In this document: positions 26,757 through 36,626 of the stretch, in pieces | Numbering within the stretch: the first letter of the stretch is position 1 | Layout of the letters: the number at the start of each line of letters is the position of its first letter | Assembly: GCA_035468175.1 (NCBI GenBank) | Contig: DATITC010000016.1 | Location: 8,547-72,546 of the forward strand | Length of the DNA stretch: 64,000 nucleotides | Direction of reading: 5' to 3' | DNA from: Frankiaceae bacterium | GTDB taxonomy: Bacteria > Actinomycetota > Actinomycetes > Frankiales > Frankiaceae | Program-made: the position numbers and the translations under genes | Notes under the pieces: generated by a model | What the model saw: only the letters and a program-made list of their open reading frames with translations | Databases searched by the model: none | What the model was told of the DNA's origin: nothing

Positions 26757-28447
26757 CGACGCTTGATCCGGCGCAGGACGTCGTAGCGGCCCCGAGTTCC
26801 GCGTCCTCCCCGACCACGCGCAAGAGTGCGGGGCGTCGGCCCGGCAAGGGGATCCCGCACCCGGTTGCTGTCCTCGGATCCGGGCCGGGCAACCCCGACC
26901 TGCTGACGGTGCGGGCCGCCACGCTGCTCGCCGAGGCGGACATCGTCCTCGTCGCGCCGGGCGTCCCCGCGGAGGTGCTCGCCGACGTGCGGGGCACGGT
27001 CCTGACTGCTCCCGGCGACGTCGCCGACGCGGCCAAGGAAGCGGTATCCCGGGCGCGTGCCGGCGAGCGGGTCGTCCGCCTGGTCGCGGGTGACCCATTC
27101 GTCTCCCCGGATGTCCCACGCGAGGTGGCGGCGCTCGGCCGGGCGAAGGTCGCCTTCGAGCTCCTCCCCGCCGTTTCGCCTGCCCTCGCCGTCCCCGGCT
27201 ACGCGGGGGTGGCCGTCGGACTGCCGCACACCGTCTGCACGCTGGACCCGACGTGCGAAACCGCCCCGGACTGGTCCGGTCTCGCCGTCGCACCCGGAAG
27301 CCTCGTGCTGCTCCTGCCGGTGCCGAGCGACCTCGGCAAGGCCGCGACGGCGTTGCTGGAGCACGGGCGCCGTCCGGACAGCCTGGTCTCGGTCACCTTT
27401 GACGGCAGCACCTCCCGGCAGCGCACCGTCGTCAGCACCCTCGAGTTGGTCGATCGGGATGTAGCCGCGGTCCGGTCAAGCCCGGCCGACCTGACGCCGG
27501 TGCTGCCGGGAGGTCCGGCACCGACGGCGGTCCCCGCGGTCGCGGTGATCGGACCTGCCGTCCGTACCCGCGACAAGCTGTCCTGGTGGGAGAACCGCGC
27601 GCTGTTCGGCTGGACGGTGCTGGTGCCGCGGACCAAGGAGCAGGCCGGGTCGCTGTCGGCGTTGCTCAGCGCCCACGGCGCCGTGCCGCTGGAGGTGCCG
27701 ACCATCGCCGTCGAGCCGCCGCGCACTTCGGCGCCGATGGACCGGGCCCTCCGGGGGCTTGTTTCCGGGCGCTACCAGTGGATCGCCTTCACCTCCACCA
27801 ACGCGGTGCGAGCGGTCCGCGAGAAGGTCGAGGAGTACGGGCTCGACGCCCGAGCCTTCGCCGGCGTCAAGATCGCCACGGTGGGCGACGTCACCGCTGA
27901 GGTGGTGCGGGCCTGGGGGATGGAGCCGGATCTCGTGCCGTCGGGTCAGCAGTCCAGCGAGGGTCTGCTCGCCGAGTGGCCGCCGTACGACGAGGTGCTC
28001 GACCCGCTGGACCGGGTCTTCCTGCCCCGGGCTGACATCGCCACCGAGACGCTGGTGGCGGGCCTGAAGGAGCGCGGCTGGGAGGTCGACGACGTGACCG
28101 CCTACCGCACCGTGCGCGCCGCGCCGCCGCCCGCCCCCATTCGTGAGGCCCTGAAGGGCGGCCGGGTGGATGCGGTGCTGTTCACCTCGTCCTCGACGGT
28201 GCGGAACCTGGTCGGCATCGCCGGCAAGCCGCACGAGTCGACCACCATCGCGGTCATCGGACCGCAGACCGCTGCTGCGGCCCGCGAGCTCGGGCTCCGG
28301 GTGGACGTCGAGGCGAGTGAGCCCAACGTCCCCGCACTCGTGGAGGCGTTGGCCGGCTTCGCCCGGGAACGCAGAGCGGAGACGCCGGAGCGGCCGGTCT
28401 CCCGTATCAAAACCTCACGCAGTCGGGCCTCCCGCGCCAGCTCGTGA
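26753..28447 (+). CDS. bifunctional uroporphyrinogen-III C-methyltransferase / uroporphyrinogen-III synthase
   Basis: ATGA overlap with hemC. N-terminal VAVLGSGPGNPDLLTVRA (tetrapyrrole methylase) and a C-terminal HemD-like domain. Lies inside track ORF 26540..28447. Confidence 0.88.
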   Translation: MTTLDPAQDVVAAPSSASSPTTRKSAGRRPGKGIPHPVAVLGSGPGNPDLLTVRAATLLAEADIVLVAPGVPAEVLADVRGTVLTAPGDVADAAKEAVSRARAGERVVRLVAGDPFVSPDVPREVAALGRAKVAFELLPAVSPALAVPGYAGVAVGLPHTVCTLDPTCETAPDWSGLAVAPGSLVLLLPVPSDLGKAATALLEHGRRPDSLVSVTFDGSTSRQRTVVSTLELVDRDVAAVRSSPADLTPVLPGGPAPTAVPAVAVIGPAVRTRDKLSWWENRALFGWTVLVPRTKEQAGSLSALLSAHGAVPLEVPTIAVEPPRTSAPMDRALRGLVSGRYQWIAFTSTNAVRAVREKVEEYGLDARAFAGVKIATVGDVTAEVVRAWGMEPDLVPSGQQSSEGLLAEWPPYDEVLDPLDRVFLPRADIATETLVAGLKERGWEVDDVTAYRTVRAAPPPAPIREALKGGRVDAVLFTSSSTVRNLVGIAGKPHESTTIAVIGPQTAAAARELGLRVDVEASEPNVPALVEALAGFARERRAETPERPVSRIKTSRSRASRASS

Positions 28448-28500
28448 CCGTCAGGAGCATCCGACCATGAATCCCGACCGACCATGACCCCCCGCCGACC

Positions 28501-29541
28501 GTGACTCCCCCGCCGACTTCGACCCCCCACCGGGCCGCCGGCACGTCTGCCGCCTACCCGGCCGCTCGTCCCCGCCGCCTCCGCCGGACGGCGGCGCTGC
28601 GGCGGTTGTCTGCGGGCGTCCGGCTGACCCCGGCCGACCTGATCCTGCCGATGTTCGTACGCGAGGACATCTCCGTCTCCGGCGGTGAGCCGCAGCCGAT
28701 CGTCTCCATGCCGGGCGTCGTCCAGCACACCCGGAATTCGCTGCGCAAGGCCGCGGTCGAGGCGGTGGCGGCCGGTGTCGGCGGGCTGATGCTGTTCGGT
28801 CTGCCGGCCGAGAAGGACGGCCGCGGATCGGGCGCCGACGACCCCGACGGCATCGTGCAGCTGGCGATCGCCGACCTGGTCGAGGAGGTCGGGGGCGACA
28901 TCGTGCTGTTGACCGACCTGTGCCTGGACGAGTACACGGACCACGGGCACTGTGGCCTACTCACCGCGGACGGTGCCGTCGACAACGACAGCACTCTCGA
29001 GCGCTACGCCAGCATCGCCGTCGCACAGGCGACGGCCGGTGCCGACGTCGTCGCGCCCAGCGGAATGATGGACGGCCAGGTCGCCGCGATCCGCGCCGGG
29101 CTGGACGGCGCTGGCTTCAGCGAGACACCGATCCTCGCCTATTCGGCGAAGTACGCCTCCGCGTTCTACGGCCCTTTCCGGGATGCGGCGGATTGCGCCC
29201 CCCAGTTCGGGGACCGCAACGCCTACCAGCAGGACCCCGCCCGGCGGGTGGACGAGGCGTTGCGTGAGGTGGCGCTGGACCTCGCCGAGGGCGCCGACGC
29301 CGTGATGGTCAAGCCGGCCGGCAGCTATCTGGACGTGCTGCGGGCCGTGGCGGACGCCGCCGACGTGCCGGTATCGGCATACCAGGTCAGCGGCGAGTAC
29401 GCGATGATCGAGGCCGCTGCCGCGAACGGCTGGATCGACCGCGACCGCGCGATCCTGGAATCACTGATCTCGATCCGGCGGGCCGGCGCGGACCAGGTGC
29501 TGACCTACTGGGCCACCGAAGTGGCGCAGCGGCTGCGATGA
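28501..29541 (+). CDS. hemB: porphobilinogen synthase (delta-aminolevulinate dehydratase)
   Basis: RPRRLRR...DLILPMFV...VAPSGMMDGQV...MVKPA...YQVSGEYAM signatures. Confidence 0.95.
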   Translation: MTPPPTSTPHRAAGTSAAYPAARPRRLRRTAALRRLSAGVRLTPADLILPMFVREDISVSGGEPQPIVSMPGVVQHTRNSLRKAAVEAVAAGVGGLMLFGLPAEKDGRGSGADDPDGIVQLAIADLVEEVGGDIVLLTDLCLDEYTDHGHCGLLTADGAVDNDSTLERYASIAVAQATAGADVVAPSGMMDGQVAAIRAGLDGAGFSETPILAYSAKYASAFYGPFRDAADCAPQFGDRNAYQQDPARRVDEALREVALDLAEGADAVMVKPAGSYLDVLRAVADAADVPVSAYQVSGEYAMIEAAAANGWIDRDRAILESLISIRRAGADQVLTYWATEVAQRLR

Positions 29542-29556
29542 GCCTGGCGCCTTCTC

Positions 29557-29606
29557 GATCAACTGACCCCGGGGCGCCCGAAGCGGGTGCCGGCGGTCAG
29601 TTGATC
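29557..29606. terminator. long hairpin between convergent hemB and the anti-sigma gene (probable bidirectional terminator)
   Basis: GATCAACTGACC (29557-29568) pairs perfectly with GGTCAGTTGATC (29595-29606). The 26-nt G/C-rich loop can pair further internally. Confidence 0.55.
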
Positions 29607-29622
29607 AGCCAGAGAGCGCCGG

Positions 29623-30372
29623 TCAGGTCAGCGGACCGCGAAGGACGCTGACCTTGGAGTGCTCCGGGTTGCCGTCGTTCGGTTCCAGCGAGATCTCCAC
29701 GGCGGTGTAGCTGTTCTCCAGCGCCGACGGCAGGCTGTACGAGCCCTTCCCGCTCGATGGCAGTACGCCCACCGACAACATCCGTCCGCTCGGCGGGTCG
29801 AAGAGCCACACCTCGTAGAAGTCCTTGTCCGACGGGGCGGGGAGACCCTTGACGTTGAGCTTCATCCCACCGTCTGCGGCCAGCTGAGCTCGCCCGGCGG
29901 CACCGGGAACGGTCAGGCCGCCCGGCACGGGCGCCATCGCGACGGACCGGGCTCCGGAGCCCGCGGTGTCGCTCGCCCGGCCCAGCACCACTCCGCCGAG
30001 CACGCCTCCGACGAGGAGCACCACCGCGGCAGCCGCCGCGAGCCAGCGCGAGGCGTGGGGCCTCGTGACGCCGGAGGAACGTCGCCCGGCGCGGAGCGGC
30101 GACCACGAGTGGCGGGGCAGCTGCAGGGGCGGGAGTTCCGGCATCGGGGCATCTTCGTTGCCCGGAGTCAGCTCCGCCGCGACGTCGAGGCGCACCGCGT
30201 CCTGCAACCAGGCGGAGGCCCGGGCGACGACGGCGAGCTCGCGACGACAGGCATCGCAGCCTTCCAGGTGCTCGGCGACCTCGCGCTCGCAAGCAGGGGA
30301 GAGCTCGCCGGTCAACAGTGCCGGCAGCTCGTCCAGGATCGCCTCGTGGGTGGGGTCGACGGGGGCGCTCAT
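29623..30372 (-). CDS. anti-sigma factor (zf-HC2 N-terminus, RskA-like C-terminus)
   Basis: HLEGCDACRRELA zinc-finger motif, a single TM segment, and an ATGA overlap with the upstream ECF sigma gene. Confidence 0.85.
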   Translation of the reverse strand: MSAPVDPTHEAILDELPALLTGELSPACEREVAEHLEGCDACRRELAVVARASAWLQDAVRLDVAAELTPGNEDAPMPELPPLQLPRHSWSPLRAGRRSSGVTRPHASRWLAAAAAVVLLVGGVLGGVVLGRASDTAGSGARSVAMAPVPGGLTVPGAAGRAQLAADGGMKLNVKGLPAPSDKDFYEVWLFDPPSGRMLSVGVLPSSGKGSYSLPSALENSYTAVEISLEPNDGNPEHSKVSVLRGPLT

Positions 30373-30908
30373 GACAGGGCCTCCTTGTCGATCAGTGTGC
30401 CCAGCCGGCGGAGACCGCGGAAGACGCGCGCCTTCACCGTGCCGAGCGGGATGCCGAGCCGCTGCGCGGCTTCGGACTGGGTGTGATCGCCGAAGTACAC
30501 GAGGGCGAGCACCTGCTTCTGTTCCTCGGGTAGCTGGGTCAGCGCGGAGCGGACGAGGGCGGCGCGCTCGTAGCGCTCGGCCATGACACGCCCGTCATCA
30601 CCGGCGACCCCGCGCATCTCGTCCAGCGGCACGACATCATGATGCCGCCGACGGAGGTGATCGATCGCCCGCTTGCGTGCGATTCCCAGAACCCAGCCCT
30701 CGAGGCTGCGGCTCGGGTCGTACCGTTCCCGGCTCCGCCACACCTCGACAAACGTCCGTTGCAGCACGTCCTCGGCATCCGCGGACGGAACGAGGCGGCG
30801 CAGGTAGTTAAGCACCAGCGGCCCGAGCGTGCGGTACGCGTCGTGAATCGCATCCGGGTCGGAGGACAGTCGTAAGCCGATCGCCTCCGTCGCTGATGCG
30901 CTGTCCAT
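30369..30908 (-). CDS. ECF RNA polymerase sigma factor (SigK-like)
   Basis: Region 2 (VLQRTFVEVWRSRERYDP...GWVLGIARKRAIDHLRRR) and region 4 (QKQVLALVYFGDHTQSEAAQRLGIPLGTVKARVFRGL). Confidence 0.9.
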   Translation of the reverse strand: MDSASATEAIGLRLSSDPDAIHDAYRTLGPLVLNYLRRLVPSADAEDVLQRTFVEVWRSRERYDPSRSLEGWVLGIARKRAIDHLRRRHHDVVPLDEMRGVAGDDGRVMAERYERAALVRSALTQLPEEQKQVLALVYFGDHTQSEAAQRLGIPLGTVKARVFRGLRRLGTLIDKEALS

Positions 30909-31124
30909 AACTCTCCTTCGTGCCCGACCCCGCCGTTGGTTGCATCAGTCGACGACAGTCTGGAGAACGAGGGTGGCGAGGCCAAGTCGGCTAGTGAATG
31001 CCCCGGCTGAGGTGGCACCGCTCAGGTGGTGCGTACTCCGGCACCGTCACCACCTCGCTCGCTTCGCTTTTGGGCTGCGCCTGCGTTTTGGGCTGCGCCG
31101 GCACGCGCCTGAAAGGATCGGGGG

Positions 31125-32492
31125 GTGCCGACCGATCCGACGTCCCGTTCCCCCCGTAGCGACGAGCTTTTCGCCCGAGCCCAGGCCGTCGTCCCAGGCG
31201 GGGTGAACTCCCCGGTGCGGGCGTTCCGGGCCGTCGGGGGCACCCCCCGGTTCATGGTCCGCGGCGAAGGTCCATACCTGTTCGACGCCGACGGCACCCG
31301 TTATGTCGACCTGATCTGTTCCTGGGGGCCGCTGCTGCTCGGCCACGCGCACCCGGATGTCGTGGCGGCGTTGCAGGCCGCGGCCGCCGCCGGCACCTCC
31401 TACGGCACCCCGACGCCGGGCGAGGTCGAGCTGGCCGAGCTGCTCGTGCAGCGGGTCGGGCCGCCGCTGGAGCAGGTGCGGCTGGTCAACAGCGGTACCG
31501 AGGCGACGATGAGCGCGATCCGGCTGGCCCGCGGGTACACCCGGCGCAGCAAGGTGATCAAGTTCGCCGGCTGCTACCACGGGCACGTCGACGCGCTGCT
31601 GGCCGCGGCCGGCTCGGGCGTCGCCACCTTCGGGTTGCCTGACTCGCCCGGGGTCACCGGGGCGAGCGCGGCCGACACCATCGTGCTGCCGTACAACGAC
31701 CTCGCGCTGGTCGAAGCCGCCTTCGAGACGCACGGCGACGACATCGCGTGCGTGATCACCGAGGCGGTGCCGGCGAACATGGGTGTGGTCCCGCCGCTGC
31801 CCGGCTTCAGCTCCGGGCTGCGATCGCTCTGCGACCGGTACGGCGCGCTCCTGGTGATCGACGAGGTGATGACCGGGTTCCGGCTCTCGGCGAGCGGCTG
31901 GTACGGCAGCAGCGACAACGCGGAGGGCATCGCGCCGGACCTGTTCACATTCGGCAAGGTCATGGGCGGGGGACTTCCCGCGGCGGCGTTCGGGGGGCGG
32001 GCCGAGGTGATGGCGTCGCTGGCCCCGGTCGGACCGGTCTACCAGGCGGGCACCCTCTCCGGGAATCCGCTCGCGGTCGCCGCCGGGCTTGCCACGCTCC
32101 GGGCGGCGACGCCGGACGTCTACCAGCATGTCGATACCCGCGCGGTCGAGGTCGCGGGGCTCGCCGCGGACGCGCTGACGGAGGCCGGCGTGCCCTTCGT
32201 CGTGAACAACGCCGGCTCGCTGTTCAGCATCTTCTTCACCGACGACAGCTCGGTGGTCGACTTGGCCGGCGCTTCCCGGCAGTCGACCCCCCGGTATGCC
32301 GCGTTCTTCCACGCGATGCTCGACGCGGGCGTCTATCTGCCGCCGAGCGCGTTCGAGGCCTGGTTTCTTTCCGCTGCGCACGACGGCGAGGTGCTCGAAC
32401 GGATAGCCGACGCGCTCCCGGGAGCAGCACGGGCGGCGGCTGCGCTGCCGGGTCGGCTCGGCGGGGAAGCGACCGCGGCGGACCGGGCGTGA
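31125..32492 (+). CDS. hemL: glutamate-1-semialdehyde 2,1-aminomutase
   Basis: [13 protein letters not shown]...DEVMTGFR...[10 protein letters not shown] (PLP lysine) signatures. Confidence 0.95.
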   Translation: MPTDPTSRSPRSDELFARAQAVVPGGVNSPVRAFRAVGGTPRFMVRGEGPYLFDADGTRYVDLICSWGPLLLGHAHPDVVAALQAAAAAGTSYGTPTPGEVELAELLVQRVGPPLEQVRLVNSGTEATMSAIRLARGYTRRSKVIKFAGCYHGHVDALLAAAGSGVATFGLPDSPGVTGASAADTIVLPYNDLALVEAAFETHGDDIACVITEAVPANMGVVPPLPGFSSGLRSLCDRYGALLVIDEVMTGFRLSASGWYGSSDNAEGIAPDLFTFGKVMGGGLPAAAFGGRAEVMASLAPVGPVYQAGTLSGNPLAVAAGLATLRAATPDVYQHVDTRAVEVAGLAADALTEAGVPFVVNNAGSLFSIFFTDDSSVVDLAGASRQSTPRYAAFFHAMLDAGVYLPPSAFEAWFLSAAHDGEVLERIADALPGAARAAAALPGRLGGEATAADRA

Positions 32493-33196
32493 GCGGGCCG
32501 AGTTCGCCGTCGTCCGACGCTGGGCGGACGACCATCGTCCATCTGGTGCGGCACGGCGAGGTGTTCAACCCCGAGGGCGTGCTCTACGGGCGGCTCCCCG
32601 GCTTCCGGCTCTCCGAGACGGGCGAGCAGCAGGCGATGGTGACCTGCGGGTGGTTGTCGGACCCGCGGGCCGGCCGGGACGTCGCGGCGGTCATCGCCAG
32701 CCCGCTGGAGCGGGCCCGGCAGACCGCCGCCCCCTTCGCCGCCCAGTTAGGGCTCGAGGTCGGCATCGACCACCGGCTGATCGAGAGTGAGAACAAGTTC
32801 GAGGGCGGCGTCGTCGAGGTCGGGCCGAAAATCCTGGCGCATCCGCACCTGTGGAAGCACCTGCGGAACCCGTTCCGGCCCTCCTGGGGCGAGGACTACG
32901 ACAAGGTCGCCGCTCGGGTGCTGGCCGCAGTCGCGGATGCCGCCGCGGCCGGCGCCGGGCGCGAGGTGGTGCTGGTCAGCCACCAGTTGCCCATCTACAT
33001 CGTCCGCCGATCGATGGAGCGACGTCCGCTCTGGCACCGGCCGGACCGACGGCAGTGCGCGCTCGCCTCGGTGACGTCGCTGGTGTTCACCGAACCGGAT
33101 CCGGCCGACGGTGCCGGCACCCGGCGGCTGCAGCGCGTCGAGTACGTCCAACCGAACGGGACGGGCAAGACGGCGCAGGGCAGCGTCGGCGCCTGA
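32489..33196 (+). CDS. histidine phosphatase family protein (Rv0525-like)
   Basis: GTGA overlap with hem[35 protein letters not shown] (RHG motif). Tail of track ORF 31748..33196. Confidence 0.85.
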   Translation: MSGPSSPSSDAGRTTIVHLVRHGEVFNPEGVLYGRLPGFRLSETGEQQAMVTCGWLSDPRAGRDVAAVIASPLERARQTAAPFAAQLGLEVGIDHRLIESENKFEGGVVEVGPKILAHPHLWKHLRNPFRPSWGEDYDKVAARVLAAVADAAAAGAGREVVLVSHQLPIYIVRRSMERRPLWHRPDRRQCALASVTSLVFTEPDPADGAGTRRLQRVEYVQPNGTGKTAQGSVGA

Positions 33197-33324
33197 TCCC
33201 ACTTCTTGATCGCGGCGTTGAGGTTTCGGTCGAGGTCCAGCCCGCAGACAGGCAGGAGTGTGCTGCGGGCCCCCGAAGTTGGGTCGCTTGCTGGCGTGCC
33301 GGCGCCCGACTACTATTCTGGTCT

Positions 33325-33612
33325 ATGAGCACCCTTCCGTTGTCGGAGGTGAAGGCACGCCTCTCCGAGATCGCTGAAGAGGTCGCTGCGACGCACGAGC
33401 GGGTTCAGATCACGAAGAACGGGCGCGGCTACGTGGTTCTGCTCGCGGCCGACGACCTCGAGTCGATTGAAGCCACCCTCGAGCTGCTCGCCGATCCGGA
33501 CGCCCAGGCGCGTGTCGCGAGCGCCGAGATGGACCTCGAGCGGGGAGACGTCTTGGACGAAGCTGCGGTGCGAGCGCTGCTCGCCGTTCGGCGGTCCGGA
33601 GCTACTGAGTGA
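33325..33612 (+). CDS. type II toxin-antitoxin system Phd/YefM family antitoxin
   Basis: MSTLPLSEVKARLSEIAEEVAATHERVQITKNGRGYVVLLAADDLESIEATLELL is a classic Phd/YefM N-terminus. Lower GC than the flanks by eye. Confidence 0.88.
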   Translation: MSTLPLSEVKARLSEIAEEVAATHERVQITKNGRGYVVLLAADDLESIEATLELLADPDAQARVASAEMDLERGDVLDEAAVRALLAVRRSGATE

Positions 33613-33875
33613 GCTTCCGGGTCGTCGTGACCCGGACGGCAGCGCGCCAGCTCGCCGAACGCCTGCCCGAAGCAGCTGCCGCCGCTTGTGTCGAGTTCCT
33701 GTTCGGACCGCTGGCGGCGAATCCCCACCGCGTCGGCGCGCCATTGCGCGCCCCGTTCTTGGGACAACGGCGGGCCCGTCGAGGCGAATACCGCGTTCGC
33801 TACCGCATCGACGACGAAACTTCGGCGGTCTACGTACTCGACATTGATCACGGACGAGACGCCTACCGGATTTGA
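33609..33875 (+). CDS. type II toxin-antitoxin system RelE/ParE family toxin
   Basis: GTGA overlap with the antitoxin gene. ...RRARRGEYRVRYRIDDETSAVYVLDIDHGRDAYR is a typical RelE/ParE C-terminal core. Confidence 0.85.
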   Translation: MSFRVVVTRTAARQLAERLPEAAAAACVEFLFGPLAANPHRVGAPLRAPFLGQRRARRGEYRVRYRIDDETSAVYVLDIDHGRDAYRI

Positions 33876-34177
33876 CCTCCACAGAACGCCGGGGTCTCGC
33901 CGAGGGTGAACTGGCGTTCGAGGACGCCGTCGTCGAGGCGCTGTTCGGAAGTACATCGCATGGTCGTGCCTTCGGGAGTGCTCGTGAACGGCGCTCCCGG
34001 ACGACCTATCGTCCGACCGTGATTTCGGAGGGGAGCACCCATGGCGATGCGTTCACGGGTCCCACCTCCTCGTTCTCTCACACGGCCACGAAAAGCTGGC
34101 ATTGGTCACGTGCTCCGCCAACGAGGTTTCATCGGTGCTGACGGCAGAACACGGGGCCGGAGGGTCAGACTGAGCTG

Positions 34178-35548
34178 GTGAGCACCGCGGGGCCTGCCCT
34201 CCCGGACGGTGCCGCGGAGACGACCCGGCGGGTTCGCCGGTCCGCGGCGCGGCTCGCCCGTGCTGCCACCGAGCGCATGGGGCAGGAGCTGCCTTTCTTC
34301 GCCGGACTGCCCCCCGAGCACCGAGCCAACCTGGGGCTGCTGGTCCAAGCCTTCCTCGCCGCGTTCGCGGACTGGTTGACCCACCCGGTCTCCGGTCAGG
34401 AGGTGACCGCGTCGGTCTTCGCGACCGCGCCCCGTGAGCTGGTGCGGGCGGTCAGCCTGCCGCAGACCGTCGAGCTCGTCCGCTCCGCCGTCGACACGCT
34501 CGAACCCCGCGTACCGGAGCTCGCGACCACGCCCGAGGCCGCCCAGTGGCTGCGCGAAGCGATGCTGCGCTACACCCGCGAGCTTGCGTTCGCCGCCGCG
34601 CACGTCTACGCCTCCGCCGCGGAGGTGCGGGGCGCGTGGGACGCCCGCCTCGAGGCCCTGGTCGTCGACGGTCTGTTGCGCGGCGATGCCGGACGCGCGC
34701 TGCTGTCCCGCACGACCGCGCTGGGCTGGCGCTCGGGTGACGCGGTGGTCGCGTTGGCCGGCGGGGCGCCGGACGGCGAGCCGGAGGCGGTGCTCGCGGC
34801 GCTGCACCGGACTGCCCGCGAGCTCGACGTCGACGTCCTGGCCGCGGTGCACGGCGCCGACCTGGTCACGTTCGTCGGCAGCCCCGGCGACCCGTCGGCC
34901 GGGGCGGCCCAGCTGGCGTCCTGCTTCGGGCCGGGCCCGCTCGTGCTGGGACCGGTCGTTACCGGGCTGTCGTCGGGCGCAACGTCCGGCCGCGCCGCGG
35001 TGGCCGCCTTGCGCGCGGCGCCGGCGTGGCCGTCCGCCCCCCGTCCGGTCGCGTCCTCCGACCTGCTGCCGGAGCGGGCGCTGGCCGGGGAGTCCGATGC
35101 CCGGCAGGCGTTGGTCGCGGAGGTGTTTCAGCCGCTCGTCGACGCCGGTCCGGACCTGCTCGGGACGGTGTCGGCCTACGTCGAGGAGGCCGGTACCGTC
35201 GATGGAGCGGCGCGGGTCCTGTTCGTGCATCCCAACACCGTCCGGTACCGCCTGCGTCGGGTCGCTGAGCTGACCGGCCAGCCACCGACGGAGGCCCGCG
35301 GCGCATTCGTCCTGCGTGTGGCGTTGGCGCTCGGCCGGTTGCAGCCACAGGAGGCGAAGAACGTGACACCGAGTCCGGAGGACGAGCCGTCGACCAGCGC
35401 CCCCGCGTTGTCACCTTCCTCCAAAGGGTCGGCGACGGATTGGTCACCGTCTGAAGCCACGGAACCGCCGCTGGTCAGCAAGCTGGGACGTATGGCAGCG
35501 CGACCGGTGGTACGACCGGCATCCGGTCCCGGACCGAGGACCCGGTGA
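34178..35548 (+). CDS. PucR-family transcriptional regulator, Streptomyces FasR (SCO2386)-like
   Basis: C-terminal HTH VLFVHPNTVRYRLRRVAELTG. Lies immediately upstream of fabD-fabH-acpP-fabF, as for Streptomyces fasR. Confidence 0.75.
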   Translation: MSTAGPALPDGAAETTRRVRRSAARLARAATERMGQELPFFAGLPPEHRANLGLLVQAFLAAFADWLTHPVSGQEVTASVFATAPRELVRAVSLPQTVELVRSAVDTLEPRVPELATTPEAAQWLREAMLRYTRELAFAAAHVYASAAEVRGAWDARLEALVVDGLLRGDAGRALLSRTTALGWRSGDAVVALAGGAPDGEPEAVLAALHRTARELDVDVLAAVHGADLVTFVGSPGDPSAGAAQLASCFGPGPLVLGPVVTGLSSGATSGRAAVAALRAAPAWPSAPRPVASSDLLPERALAGESDARQALVAEVFQPLVDAGPDLLGTVSAYVEEAGTVDGAARVLFVHPNTVRYRLRRVAELTGQPPTEARGAFVLRVALALGRLQPQEAKNVTPSPEDEPSTSAPALSPSSKGSATDWSPSEATEPPLVSKLGRMAARPVVRPASGPGPRTR

Positions 35549-35552
35549 GGCA

Positions 35553-35582
35553 GACGCGACGGACCGGGTCGCGTAATTTCTG
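35553..35582 (+). terminator. intrinsic terminator-like hairpin after the fasR-like gene
   Basis: ACGCGAC-GGACCGG-GTCGCGT followed by AATTTCT, 5 nt after the stop codon. Confidence 0.5.
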
Positions 35583-35619
35583 GCTACGGTCTTCCTGCTT
35601 ACGGCGATCGTGCGCGTGG

Positions 35620-35637
35620 GGCTCGACGCGTCGAGCC
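35620..35637. promoter_or_regulatory. perfect 18-bp palindrome in the fasR-fabD intergenic region
   Basis: GGCTCGACGCGTCGAGCC is its own reverse complement. It ends 38 nt upstream of the fabD GTG. Confidence 0.4.
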
Positions 35638-35675
35638 GCCGGAGGAGCTCCCACCGTGCCGGAGGAGGGCTAGTC

Positions 35676-36626
35676 GTGCTGGCCATCGTCGCGCCCGGGC
35701 AGGGCGCGCAGACCCCAGGCTTTCTCGCGCCCTGGCTGGAGGTCGCGGCCGCGGCCGAGCTGCTCCGCCGGGCCGACGACGTCACCGGCCTCGACCTGGT
35801 GCGGCTCGGGAGCTCGGGCGACGCGGAGGAGATCCGCGACACCGCTGTCGCCCAGCCCCTTCTGGTCGCGGTCGCGCTGGCCTCCGCGGCGGCGCTCGAC
35901 CTGCTTCCGGCTGAGGGTGCCGCTTCAGACGCGGCTGAAGATCGCCTGTTCGCCGGGCACAGCATCGGCGAGCTCACCGCGGCCGTGCTCGCCGGGGCGT
36001 TGCCGGCCGATGCGGCGCTGGTCCTGGCCCGCGAGCGGGGTCGCGCGATGGCCGAGGCGTGCGCCGCCGCGGACACCGGCATGACCGCCGTGCTCGGCGG
36101 CGATCCGCTCGAGGTCGACGCCGCGCTGGACCTGCACGGCCTCGTCGCTGCCAACCGCAACGGCGCAGGCCAGGTGGTCGCCGCCGGCCCGCGCGCCGGG
36201 CTCCTCGCGCTCGCCGCCGACCCGCCGGCCAAGGCTCGGCTCCGACCGCTCGACGTCGCCGGCGCCTTCCACACCGAGGCGATGCGGCCGGCCCAGCAGG
36301 CGCTCGCCGAGGTGGTCGCCGGGCTGGACCCGCACGACCCCGCCGGGCACCTGCTGTCCAACGCCGACGGTGCCGTCGTGCGGTCCGGGACCGACCTGCT
36401 CGAGCGGCTCGTCGCCCAGGTCGCCGCACCGGTCCGCTGGGACTCCTGCATGGCGACGATGGCCGGTTCCGGGGTCGCCGCGGTCCTCGAGCTCGCCCCG
36501 GGCGGCACCCTGACCGGCCTGGCCAAGCGGGCGCTCAAGGGCGTCGACACCGTCGCCCTGCGCGGCCCCGGCGACCTGGACGCGGCCCGTCTGCTGCTCA
36601 AGCGCGCGGGCGAGGGGACGTCGTGA
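35676..36626 (+). CDS. fabD: ACP S-malonyltransferase
   Basis: GTG 35676 after GGAGGAGGG (35661-35669). VLAIVAPGQGAQ...GHSIGELTA active site. Confidence 0.92.
   Translation: MLAIVAPGQGAQTPGFLAPWLEVAAAAELLRRADDVTGLDLVRLGSSGDAEEIRDTAVAQPLLVAVALASAAALDLLPAEGAASDAAEDRLFAGHSIGELTAAVLAGALPADAALVLARERGRAMAEACAAADTGMTAVLGGDPLEVDAALDLHGLVAANRNGAGQVVAAGPRAGLLALAADPPAKARLRPLDVAGAFHTEAMRPAQQALAEVVAGLDPHDPAGHLLSNADGAVVRSGTDLLERLVAQVAAPVRWDSCMATMAGSGVAAVLELAPGGTLTGLAKRALKGVDTVALRGPGDLDAARLLLKRAGEGTS

Noticed and set aside
30909-31124. ECF-type promoter (GCAACC-N17-CGAAG) upstream of the SigK-like gene
   Set aside because: The match to GGAAC/CGT-type ECF promoters is weak and the -10 element would sit only about 8 nt from the ATG. 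There is not enough evidence.
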